DNA from: Elusimicrobiales bacterium
GTDB lineage: Bacteria; Elusimicrobiota; Elusimicrobia; Elusimicrobiales; UBA9959
DNA: 64,000 bases
Direction of reading: 5' to 3'
Assembly: GCA_049972095.1 (NCBI GenBank)
Contig: JBMFKQ010000001.1
Coordinates: 19,319 to 83,318, forward strand
Part shown: piece by piece, positions 1 through 8,300 of the stretch
Position numbering within the stretch: position 1 is the stretch's first letter
How the letters are laid out: every line of letters begins with the position of its first letter
Made by a program: the position numbers and the translations under genes
Notes under the pieces: model-generated
Databases searched by the model: none
What the model was told of the DNA's origin: nothing
The model's input: only the letters and a program-made list of their open reading frames with translations

Positions 1-420
1 CCATATGCTGTTTGTCATAAAGCTACAATTCCACTTTCTTATTCACATCGTGGAGGGGTTTATGCTGTTTCATTTTCACCTGATGGCAGTATTATGAGTG
101 GGATAGATGTTGAAAGGTTTGAAAAGGTTAATATATCAAGCTTTTATGATTTTTTTAGTGATTTAGAGGTTGAAAACGAAGATGATTTAATTGTTAAATG
201 GTCTATAAAAGAGTCTATTCTTAAAATGGTCTGGTGCGGTCTTAGTCTTGCTGCCTCTGATATAGAAATAATCTCATCATCTATCATAATTAAAGGGAAA
301 CTAAAAGATATTTTTGAAGCTAAGAAAATATTTGATTTTAAAACCTTATGTTATATATGGAAGGATTACGTTGTAAGTGTTTCGTTATGTAGTAACAGTT
401 ATAAACCTTTGGAGGCATGA
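1..420 (+). CDS. 4'-phosphopantetheinyl transferase (Sfp/AcpS superfamily), N-terminus cut by window edge
   Basis: Frame 1 is open from base 1 (PYAVCHKATIPLSYSHRGGVYAVSFSPDG...) and runs into tracked ORF 94-420. LSYSH..G and WSIKESILK resemble the PPTase core motifs. Stop TGA 418-420 overlaps ATG 417 of the next gene. Confidence 0.55.
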   Translation, partial: PYAVCHKATIPLSYSHRGGVYAVSFSPDGSIMSGIDVERFEKVNISSFYDFFSDLEVENEDDLIVKWSIKESILKMVWCGLSLAASDIEIISSSIIIKGKLKDIFEAKKIFDFKTLCYIWKDYVVSVSLCSNSYKPLEA

Positions 421-2147
421 TGAGTGAGGAAAAAGAGGTTAAGGAAAAAAACTTAAAAGGTTTTGCAAAACAGGAGGTTGAGAAGAAAAAAGAAGATGAA
501 AGAAAGGATAACATCATAAAGGAAGATGATAAGAAACAAGAGCGTGAGTTTAAGGTTTCTAATGAAAAATCACATAAAACAAAAACGGAAAAAGATATTC
601 CTATAAAGCTTTTAAGATTCAGAGAGATTGTAGCCAATGCAATAAATCAATCACCACCTGATAAGATAGAAGATCAAAGAGCAAAAGGAAAACTTACAGC
701 AAGGGAAAGAATTTCTTATTTCCTTGATGAGGGTAGCTTTCAGGAAATAGGGCTTCTGGTTGAATCAAGATGCAGCGATTTCGGTATAAAGGATAAGCAT
801 ATAAAAGGTGATGGAGTTGTGTGTGGTTTTGGAAGAGTAAATGGAAGGAAGGTTGCAGTTTTTGCTCAGGATTTCACAATAATTGGTGGTTCTCTTGGGC
901 TTGCTCATGCAAAAAAGATCGCATATGTTATGGATATAGCAAAAAAGGTTGGGATGCCTGTAATAGGAATACTTGATTCTGGTGGGGCAAGGATACAGGA
1001 AGGTGTTGATAGCCTTGATGGATATGCTGAAATATTTAGAAGAAATGTTGAGGCTTCTGGTGTAATACCTCAGATATCAGTTATAGTTGGTCCCTGTGCT
1101 GGTGGTGCTGTTTATTCTCCAGCCCTTACTGATTTTGTTTTTATGGTTAACGGTATAAGCAATATGTTTGTAACAGGTCCGGCGGTTGTTAAGGCTTCAA
1201 CAGGTGAGGATGTGGATTTTGAGACACTTGGTGGTGCAAGGACTCATGCATCTAAAAGTGGTGTTTGCCATTTTGCTCTCAATTCTGAACAAGAGTGTTT
1301 TAGAACAGTCAGAGAGCTTCTTTCATATCTTCCTTCAAACTGTTTTGAATTACCCCCCAGTATTGTGCCTTCGGATAAACCTGATAGAGAGATTTCTATA
1401 TTTGAAAAGCTTTGTGCTATGGATTCTAAAAAACCCTATAGAATTCATCATATAATATGGTGGATTGCGGATGATCATAAGTTTCTTGAGGTTCATAAGG
1501 ATTTTGCCAAAAACATTGTTGTTGGTTTTATAAGACTCAACGGAGATGTTGTTGGCGTTGTTGCAAATAATTCAGCTTATATGGCAGGTGCTCTTGATAT
1601 AGATGCAAGTGATAAGGCTGCAAGGTTTATAAGATTTCTAAACAACTTTAATATACCAATCTTAACACTTGTGGATGTGCCGGGTTATTGGCCTGGGGTT
1701 AAACAGGAGCATGGGGGTATAATAAGACACGGAGCAAAACTTTTATATGCTTATGCTGAGGCAACTGTAGCTAAGGTTACACTTATACTTAGAAAGGCAT
1801 ATGGAGGCGCTTATATAGCTATGAGTTCAAAGTATCTCGGAGGTGATATAAACTATGCTCTTCCAAGTGCAGAGATAGCTGTTATGGGCCCTCAAGGAGC
1901 TATAGAGATTCTTTATTCCAAACAGATCAAAGAGGCAAAGGATGAAGAGAGAGAGGCACTAAAAGCAAGGTTGACTGAGGAGTATTGTGAAAAATTTGCT
2001 TCTCCTTATCAAACAGCCGCAAGAGGTTCTATAGATGAGGTTATAGAACCAAGGGCTGTGAGATATAAGCTTATTGAGGCATTTAAGATTTTAAAGAATA
2101 AGAATATAGGAAAAAACAAAGAGATAAAGGGTAATATACCACTTTAA
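417..2147 (+). CDS. acyl-CoA carboxylase carboxyltransferase subunit (propionyl-CoA carboxylase beta / methylmalonyl-CoA decarboxylase alpha family)
   Basis: 576 aa. GKLTARERISYFLDEGSF, GGARIQEG, GPCAGGAVYSPALTDF and KAYGGAYIAM are typical of the two-lobed carboxyltransferase fold. GGAGG at 411-415. Carries an extra Lys/Glu-rich N-terminal segment. Confidence 0.9.
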   Translation: MMSEEKEVKEKNLKGFAKQEVEKKKEDERKDNIIKEDDKKQEREFKVSNEKSHKTKTEKDIPIKLLRFREIVANAINQSPPDKIEDQRAKGKLTARERISYFLDEGSFQEIGLLVESRCSDFGIKDKHIKGDGVVCGFGRVNGRKVAVFAQDFTIIGGSLGLAHAKKIAYVMDIAKKVGMPVIGILDSGGARIQEGVDSLDGYAEIFRRNVEASGVIPQISVIVGPCAGGAVYSPALTDFVFMVNGISNMFVTGPAVVKASTGEDVDFETLGGARTHASKSGVCHFALNSEQECFRTVRELLSYLPSNCFELPPSIVPSDKPDREISIFEKLCAMDSKKPYRIHHIIWWIADDHKFLEVHKDFAKNIVVGFIRLNGDVVGVVANNSAYMAGALDIDASDKAARFIRFLNNFNIPILTLVDVPGYWPGVKQEHGGIIRHGAKLLYAYAEATVAKVTLILRKAYGGAYIAMSSKYLGGDINYALPSAEIAVMGPQGAIEILYSKQIKEAKDEEREALKARLTEEYCEKFASPYQTAARGSIDEVIEPRAVRYKLIEAFKILKNKNIGKNKEIKGNIPL

Positions 2148-2202
2148 TAAATCTTTTAAAATATTCTTGATTTAGCTGTAATTTAATTATAAAATTTATG
2201 TT

Positions 2203-2829
2203 ATGACATACTCAATATGGACTGATACATCATTTTATTTTTATCTCATTCTTGTCATTGTCTCTATTGTTGTCATAGTATCGTCAATAGGCAGGCTTTT
2301 GGATGAGATGGGTAAAGCTGAAGAAAGTATGGAAGTAGATACAGATGAAAAGTCGTTATCTGCAGATGAATTGGAAGGAAAGGCAAGTATAGAAAAAGTT
2401 GATGAAGAGAGAATAGTTTTTGAAAAGAGCAGCAATACGATTTTTGATTCGCCATCTTCATCTCAAGCCCTTGGTGGCGCTGTTGAAAGAAAGGATGATG
2501 AAAAAGCTATTATTTTTCTTAAAAACCTCAATGAAAATATATCAAGGATAAATGATGAGCTTTCAAAGATCAATGATTTGGAGAAAAAAATTGAAGAGAT
2601 TGAGAGAAATATTAAAGGCTTTGAGAATTCAATAAAAGATCTGATAAAAGATGAGATATCAAAAGGAATATCTCAGATTGACACAGCAAAGCCTGTTGGT
2701 GATAATAATCTTACTCCTAAGTACATCTCAAAATATCTTGAGGATATAGTTGAGGAATTTGACTCTCTTGATAAAGAGGTAATAAGAAAAAGAATAAGTG
2801 TAATAGTTGAAGACCTTAAAAGATTGTAA
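2203..2829 (+). CDS. hypothetical membrane-anchored coiled-coil protein
   Basis: 208 aa. One N-terminal hydrophobic helix (FYFYLILVIVSIVVIVSSI), then an acidic linker and a heptad-like K/E/I-rich region. No family recognised. Confidence 0.4.
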   Translation: MTYSIWTDTSFYFYLILVIVSIVVIVSSIGRLLDEMGKAEESMEVDTDEKSLSADELEGKASIEKVDEERIVFEKSSNTIFDSPSSSQALGGAVERKDDEKAIIFLKNLNENISRINDELSKINDLEKKIEEIERNIKGFENSIKDLIKDEISKGISQIDTAKPVGDNNLTPKYISKYLEDIVEEFDSLDKEVIRKRISVIVEDLKRL

Positions 2830-4198
2830 GGTGAGTAAATCAATCCTAAAGGCTATATTTTTTCTTTTTTTCAATCAAACCCTTCTTTTTGCTTTAAATG
2901 ATTCATTTACAGATAAAGCAAGAGGACAATCTGCTTTTCCAATTCTTAAAAGTCCAGTTTCTCCTTTTTTTTATTCTCTTGGTGGTGGAGGAAGTGCAGT
3001 TCTGACAGAGCATAATGTATTTCTAAATCCTGCTGCTGCATATAGCCTTAATTCAAACTCATTTTCATTTTCATTTCACAAAGATGGCGTTGAAGCTACA
3101 AGATCAGATGCTTTTTTTATGAGGCGATACGGCAGGAGAGTTAATGCTATTAGTGTTTCTTACATTGATTACGGAGACTTTTTAAAAGTGGATGAAAATG
3201 CAAATGAATTAGGTTTCTTTTCTCCTTATGATCTGGTAGTTTGCTACTCCTACGGTTTTGGCAGTGTTAGAGAGAGATTTGGTATAAGATTAAAATATAT
3301 ATCTTCAAATATGATTTATGAGAAATCATCTGCTGTTGCTATTGATAGTGGCTTTATTGTTAATGGAAACAAAACTACACTTTCACTTCTTGTGAGAAAT
3401 ATCGGACCTTCCCCTAAGATTGGAAATAGACACTATGCTCTTCCCCTTGAGTTTTCTGCAGGTTTTAATTATCGCTATCTGCCAAATCTTAGAGGAATAT
3501 TTGATCTAAAATTTCCTTCTGATAACAAAGCCTATACTACTGCTGCTTTAGACTGGCGCATTCCAGCTATGGGTTGTGATTTCTATGTAAGAGTAGGAGC
3601 TAGTACACTAAACCTTAGGGAGATAGGTTGGAGCGGTATATTCAGTGGAGGTTTTGGATTTGAATATTATGGTTTTGGTGTTGATTACTCTTTTACACCT
3701 GTTTCAAACATAGATTCAATCCATAGATTCCTTGTCAGATATAGTTTTGGTAAGGTTGAGAGCAAAAAAGAGGAAGAATATAGATTTAGAGAGTTTGTTG
3801 CAAAAGAGATATCTCTTAAGAAAAAAATTGCAGTTTTTCCTTTTGTCTCAGATAATTCTACCTATTCAAGTATTATTGCTAACTCAATTGAGGAAAGGTT
3901 AATGGAAAAAAAACATTCTGTTATAAGCCGTCTTGATCCTTGTTATATATCAAATTCAAAAACAGTCTATAATAGTGAGTTGGAGGTGGTTGAGGCTGCT
4001 CAAAATATGGGTGCAGACTATGCGGTTTGGGGGGTAATAACAAAGAAGGATGAGGTTAAATCGCAATTCACTTTGATTCTTATTTCACTGAAGGATAAGA
4101 AGAAGTATAGTTATTCTCTTGTTTCCAACATATATGATGTGAGAAATGTTGCATTGAAGCTTTCTGATGAGATCTCATCCATTTTAAGCCAGAAATAG
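2807..4198 (+). CDS. outer-membrane beta-barrel protein (PorV/PorQ/TraF-like) fused to a C-terminal LpoB/CsgG/TolB-N-like periplasmic domain
   Basis: Signal-like N-terminus (KSILKAIFFLFFNQTLLFA). SLGGGGSAV...NPAAA resembles the GGA...NPAGLA motif of the PorV/TraF barrel family. Alternating aromatic/polar strands follow. The C-terminal ~130 aa start KKIAVFPFVS...GADYAVWGVI. An alternative GTG start at 2831 avoids overlap with the upstream gene. Confidence 0.5.
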   Translation: MKTLKDCKVSKSILKAIFFLFFNQTLLFALNDSFTDKARGQSAFPILKSPVSPFFYSLGGGGSAVLTEHNVFLNPAAAYSLNSNSFSFSFHKDGVEATRSDAFFMRRYGRRVNAISVSYIDYGDFLKVDENANELGFFSPYDLVVCYSYGFGSVRERFGIRLKYISSNMIYEKSSAVAIDSGFIVNGNKTTLSLLVRNIGPSPKIGNRHYALPLEFSAGFNYRYLPNLRGIFDLKFPSDNKAYTTAALDWRIPAMGCDFYVRVGASTLNLREIGWSGIFSGGFGFEYYGFGVDYSFTPVSNIDSIHRFLVRYSFGKVESKKEEEYRFREFVAKEISLKKKIAVFPFVSDNSTYSSIIANSIEERLMEKKHSVISRLDPCYISNSKTVYNSELEVVEAAQNMGADYAVWGVITKKDEVKSQFTLILISLKDKKKYSYSLVSNIYDVRNVALKLSDEISSILSQK

Positions 4199-4290
4199 CT
4201 TTTAGCAAACTGATACACTCTTCTCACTTCTCAGCTCCAACTTTTCACATCCCCCTTATTATTAGTTAGCACTTATTAATTTAATATAAT

Positions 4291-4785
4291 ATGATTATGG
4301 TAGATGCTAAATCATCTGAGCGATTATGTCTATTTGAAGAATTTTTTGCTCCTACAAGAATTGTTATAAACCATCAAAAGTTTGATAGCATAGAAGATCT
4401 TTCTAAGTGGTGTTTAAAGACTCTTTATCAATATATTGAGGGTAAAATAGCTTATGATACCCTTGAAAAAAAGGCTTTTTCTTCCCCCTCATTTTCAGTT
4501 GTCTTTGAAAATGGTCTTTTTATTCCACATCTGAAACTTGAGGAAATATTAGATTTCCATTCTATTTTTGCTGTTTTAACTACATTTCCAATTGATCCTA
4601 AGACTAAAAGGGAAATAAGGGCTGTTTTTACCCTTTTTTCTCCTACTTCTAAAGATAAATTTGAAAAGCATCTAAGTATCCTTTCTCTTGTATCGGAGAT
4701 TCTTAGAGATACTCAAACGCTTGTGAGAATTTCTGAATTAAGAACCTCTGATGATATCCATAAATATCTTAGAAGCCTTATTTGA
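4291..4785 (+). CDS. PTS EIIA type-2 (PtsN/EIIA-Ntr-like) domain protein
   Basis: 164 aa. The layout matches the EIIA-2 fold: ...NGLFIPHLKL (candidate phospho-His), FPIDPKTKREIRAVFTLFSP, HLSILSLVSEILRD, ELRTSDDIHKYL. Confidence 0.55.
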   Translation: MIMVDAKSSERLCLFEEFFAPTRIVINHQKFDSIEDLSKWCLKTLYQYIEGKIAYDTLEKKAFSSPSFSVVFENGLFIPHLKLEEILDFHSIFAVLTTFPIDPKTKREIRAVFTLFSPTSKDKFEKHLSILSLVSEILRDTQTLVRISELRTSDDIHKYLRSLI

Positions 4786-6791
4786 TTATGAATAAAGTTA
4801 AAAATGTCTTTGTGTTAAGCACTGCTGTTTTGAGTTTTATATCTTTTTGGAGGGCAAGTGCAATAGTGCTTTGTGATTTTGGTTCAAGTGCATTTTATGC
4901 TGGTGGCATTGCTGCAAAAGCATATGGTCAGGCATTTGCTTATTTTATAATTGCTGTAATGCTTCTTGCGGGGCTTCTTCTTATGAGCTATATAGAGTCA
5001 TCATCACTTTTTACCAGAGGTGGGGTTTATGTTGTGGTTAATAAAAGTATGGGAAAGACCATGGCAAAGCTATCAGTTTCAGCACTTGTTTTTGATTATC
5101 TTCTTACTGCTCCCATAAGCTCGGTTAGTGCAGGACTTTATCTTTCATATCTAATAAACAGTTTGCTTAGTTATTTTAAAATTGGTATAAGCTTTAATCC
5201 AAGAACTCTGGCTGTGATTTTTTCTATTGCCTCTATATTCTATTTCGCCCGCCAGAATATAAAGGGTGTTAAGGAATCATCACAGCATAATCTCAGAATA
5301 ATAGTTTTTGCAGCAGTGGTTGGATTCCTTCTGTTTATTCTCTCTATTTTTACTATTATAAAAAAGGGTTTTGTTTTACCTCCTTTCAAGTTGAATTTCA
5401 GTGAAGAAAGTCTTGGATGGGCAAGGTATATTGATTTTCTTAAACCCGTTGGGTTAGTAGGTGTTATTATGGCTTTAGGTCATTCTATTCTTGCTTTAAG
5501 TGGTCTTGAAACACTTGCTCAGGTTTACAGAGAAATTGAGGATCCTAAAATAAAGAATATAAAAAAAACAGTTCTGGTATTGTTCATTTTCAGCTTTCTC
5601 TTTACAGGAATGCTTACATTTTTTTCTGCCTTGATAATACCCTTTGAAAAGATAATTAATGAATATTATGAAAATCTCTTGAGCGGTCTTGCAATGGAGC
5701 TTTTTATCCCTTATCATGCTAAAATTATTATGAGCATACTCGTTGTTATATCAGCTTTTCTTATGCTTTTTGGAGCGGTTAATACTGCAATAGTTGGAGC
5801 AAATGGCATACTTAACAGGGTGGCTGAGGATGGTATTCTGCCACAATCTATTAGAAGGCTTCATCCAAGATATGGGACAACCTATATTATTATAACATCT
5901 ATCGCTGCTCTTCAGGCACTTATAGTTTTGCTTTCTGGTGGCGATATCTTCATACTTGGTGAGGCTTATGCTTTTGGTGTTTTGTGGAGTATTACTTTTA
6001 ATATAGCATCTCTTATACTTCTTAGGTTTAAACAAGATAATCTTGAAAGGGAATGGTATTATCCGCTAAATATAAAATGGAGAAGATATAAACTACCTAT
6101 AGGACTTTTTCTTCTTTTCATAATTATGTTTTCTCTTTCCTTAATTAATCTTTTTACAAAAAAATTAGCCACGATTTTTGGGCTTAGTTTTACTCTTATT
6201 CTCTATATTGTCTTTACATACTTTGAAAGAAAACAAACTACTTGCTCAACTGATATACATAAACTCAATGAGGATGATATTGATGAGAAGGTTAATATAA
6301 ATGCATTTAATGATGTTGAGTTAGTTTTTAAAAATTTTAATAAAGAAAAGAGAATCCTTGTTCCTGTTAGAAATCCAAATAATCTTGTTCATCTAAAATG
6401 GGTTCTTGAGAATTTTAGCGATGAGGAGACAGATATAGCAGTTCTTTATGTTAGGTTTGAGAAGGGCTATGATTATTCTGCTGGTAATGAGAATATGAAT
6501 TATGAGGAAAAGGAGCTTTTCAAAAAGGTCATACTGCTTGCTGAAAAATATGGTAAGAAGATTCACCCACTTATAGTCTCTTCAAATGAGCCTTTCTATG
6601 TAATAATTTATTCTGCTTTAGTTGGTGTTTTTCAAATGATAGTTATGGGGGTTTCAGGCACCACTGGAGCTGAGATTCAGATGGAGAATATTGCTTTGTG
6701 GTGGGGTACACTGAGACCAAAAGATTTCAAATCATCCATAGAGGTAAGGATAATCTGGGATGGTAGAACTCTTACATACAACCTTACATAA
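4782..6791 (+). CDS. APC-superfamily amino acid/cation permease with C-terminal universal-stress-protein (Usp)-like domain
   Basis: 669 aa. About 12 hydrophobic helices with an APC-like N-terminus (FGSSAFYAGGIAAKAYG). The cytoplasmic C-terminal ~170 aa (KRILVPVRNPNNLVHL...MGVSG) look Usp-like. TTG 4782 overlaps the upstream stop; ATG 4788 is an alternative start. Confidence 0.75.
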   Translation: MIMNKVKNVFVLSTAVLSFISFWRASAIVLCDFGSSAFYAGGIAAKAYGQAFAYFIIAVMLLAGLLLMSYIESSSLFTRGGVYVVVNKSMGKTMAKLSVSALVFDYLLTAPISSVSAGLYLSYLINSLLSYFKIGISFNPRTLAVIFSIASIFYFARQNIKGVKESSQHNLRIIVFAAVVGFLLFILSIFTIIKKGFVLPPFKLNFSEESLGWARYIDFLKPVGLVGVIMALGHSILALSGLETLAQVYREIEDPKIKNIKKTVLVLFIFSFLFTGMLTFFSALIIPFEKIINEYYENLLSGLAMELFIPYHAKIIMSILVVISAFLMLFGAVNTAIVGANGILNRVAEDGILPQSIRRLHPRYGTTYIIITSIAALQALIVLLSGGDIFILGEAYAFGVLWSITFNIASLILLRFKQDNLEREWYYPLNIKWRRYKLPIGLFLLFIIMFSLSLINLFTKKLATIFGLSFTLILYIVFTYFERKQTTCSTDIHKLNEDDIDEKVNINAFNDVELVFKNFNKEKRILVPVRNPNNLVHLKWVLENFSDEETDIAVLYVRFEKGYDYSAGNENMNYEEKELFKKVILLAEKYGKKIHPLIVSSNEPFYVIIYSALVGVFQMIVMGVSGTTGAEIQMENIALWWGTLRPKDFKSSIEVRIIWDGRTLTYNLT

Positions 6792-6804
6792 GGAGCTCGG
6801 TATT

Positions 6805-7359
6805 ATGGCTGTTAGAAGAATAGTTAAATACGGTGAAAAACTTCTCAAGACAAAAACAAAGAAAATTGATTATTCTATTATGAAGAAAAGTCTGCCTTTA
6901 ATACTTAAAGATCTTTACGACACGCTTTCTGCTGTCAATGGCATTGGACTTAGTGCAAATCAGATAGGTTTTGATATGCAGCTTGCCATTATAAACTACT
7001 ACGATAAAGATAAAAAGAGGAACTATAATTTTGTGATTATAAACCCTCAGATTGTATGGCAGCAAGGAGAGGTGATTGAGGATGAGGGCTGTCTATCATT
7101 TCCAGGACTTTTTCTGAAAATAAAAAGAAGTGAAAAGGTTCATGTTGAAGCACTCAATGAAAAAGGACTTCCTGTTGTTATAAAAGCAGATGGGCTTCTT
7201 GCAAGAGCACTTCAGCATGAGATAGATCATCTCAATGGTATTACGATATATGATCGCCTTAGCTTTGTGTCAAAGCTTAGGTTAAAACCAACACTAATAA
7301 GGCTCAAAAGGCAGTGGAAGAAGATAGATGAGTCGAAGATAAACAATATGGTAATGTGA
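6805..7359 (+). CDS. def: peptide deformylase
   Basis: GIGLSANQIG, EGCLSFPG and HEIDHLNG motifs. AGGAG at 6791-6795 precedes ATG 6805. The tracked upstream extension from 6760 is rejected. Confidence 0.95.
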   Translation: MAVRRIVKYGEKLLKTKTKKIDYSIMKKSLPLILKDLYDTLSAVNGIGLSANQIGFDMQLAIINYYDKDKKRNYNFVIINPQIVWQQGEVIEDEGCLSFPGLFLKIKRSEKVHVEALNEKGLPVVIKADGLLARALQHEIDHLNGITIYDRLSFVSKLRLKPTLIRLKRQWKKIDESKINNMVM

Positions 7360-8300
7360 TGAAAAAAATTTTTCTTGGCACTCCTTATATTGCAGCAAGA
7401 GTCTTTGATAGTCTTATTAACAGTGGAATTGTTTTTGATGCTGTTATAACAGCTTGTGATAAGCCATTTGGTAGAAAAAAAATCATAACCCCTCCACCTT
7501 TAAAGGTTGAGGCTATTAAATATGGAGTAAGAGTTTTTCAAGCTGCTACAAATGCCGAGCTTGAGAAGATAATTGAGGATTTAAAGCCTGACTATGGATT
7601 TGTTGTTGCTTATGGTATGATAATAAAAAAATCAACTCTTGAAATGGTTAAAAATGGCCTTTTTAATCTTCATTTTTCACTCCTTCCAGCATACAGAGGT
7701 GCTGATCCTGTAAGATGGGCTCTTATAAATGGCGAACTAAAAACAGGTGTTAGTGTCTTTAAGATAGATGAAGGGTTAGACACGGGTCCAATCCTTTTGT
7801 CTCAACAAACCCCTATTTATGATAATGAAAAATACGATGAGCTTCTTATAAGGCTTTCTGATATGGGTTCTAAGCTTCTTTTAGAGACAGTTGATATTAT
7901 AGAAAAAGGAAATATAGTCTTAAAACCGCAGCAAGGCATTGCTTCTTATGCTCCAAAAGTTTCAGTTAAAGAAAGCTATATTGATTTTTCAAGTGATTCT
8001 TCATCGGTTTATAACAGGATAAGGGCTTTTTCATCGGATCCTTATGCAAGATTTACTTTTACAAGTGGTGAGAAAAAGACTGTTATTCAGATCATTGAGG
8101 CTTCAAGGTCTGAGTATGATCCTCAAAATTATAGTGCGGGTCAGCTCTGTGGTTTTAAAAAAGGGAAAGGTATTTTTGTAAAATGTATGAAGGGGAGTAT
8201 AATAATTTATGCTGTAAAACCTGAGGGCAAAAATATTATGAATGCCTTCGATTATTTTATTAATGGAATGGGTTTGAAAGAAGGAGAGAGGATTGTATGA
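7359..8300 (+). CDS. fmt: methionyl-tRNA formyltransferase
   Basis: N-terminal formyltransferase fold (NLHFSLLPAYRGADPV) plus the C-terminal Fmt domain. ATG 7359 overlaps the def stop (TGATG). Confidence 0.9.
   Translation: MKKIFLGTPYIAARVFDSLINSGIVFDAVITACDKPFGRKKIITPPPLKVEAIKYGVRVFQAATNAELEKIIEDLKPDYGFVVAYGMIIKKSTLEMVKNGLFNLHFSLLPAYRGADPVRWALINGELKTGVSVFKIDEGLDTGPILLSQQTPIYDNEKYDELLIRLSDMGSKLLLETVDIIEKGNIVLKPQQGIASYAPKVSVKESYIDFSSDSSSVYNRIRAFSSDPYARFTFTSGEKKTVIQIIEASRSEYDPQNYSAGQLCGFKKGKGIFVKCMKGSIIIYAVKPEGKNIMNAFDYFINGMGLKEGERIV

Noticed and set aside
338-637. 99-aa minus-strand ORF spanning the PPTase/carboxyltransferase junction
   Set aside because: It is antisense to two supported genes. 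Its Ser/Phe-rich composition is the mirror image of the Lys/Glu-rich sense frame.
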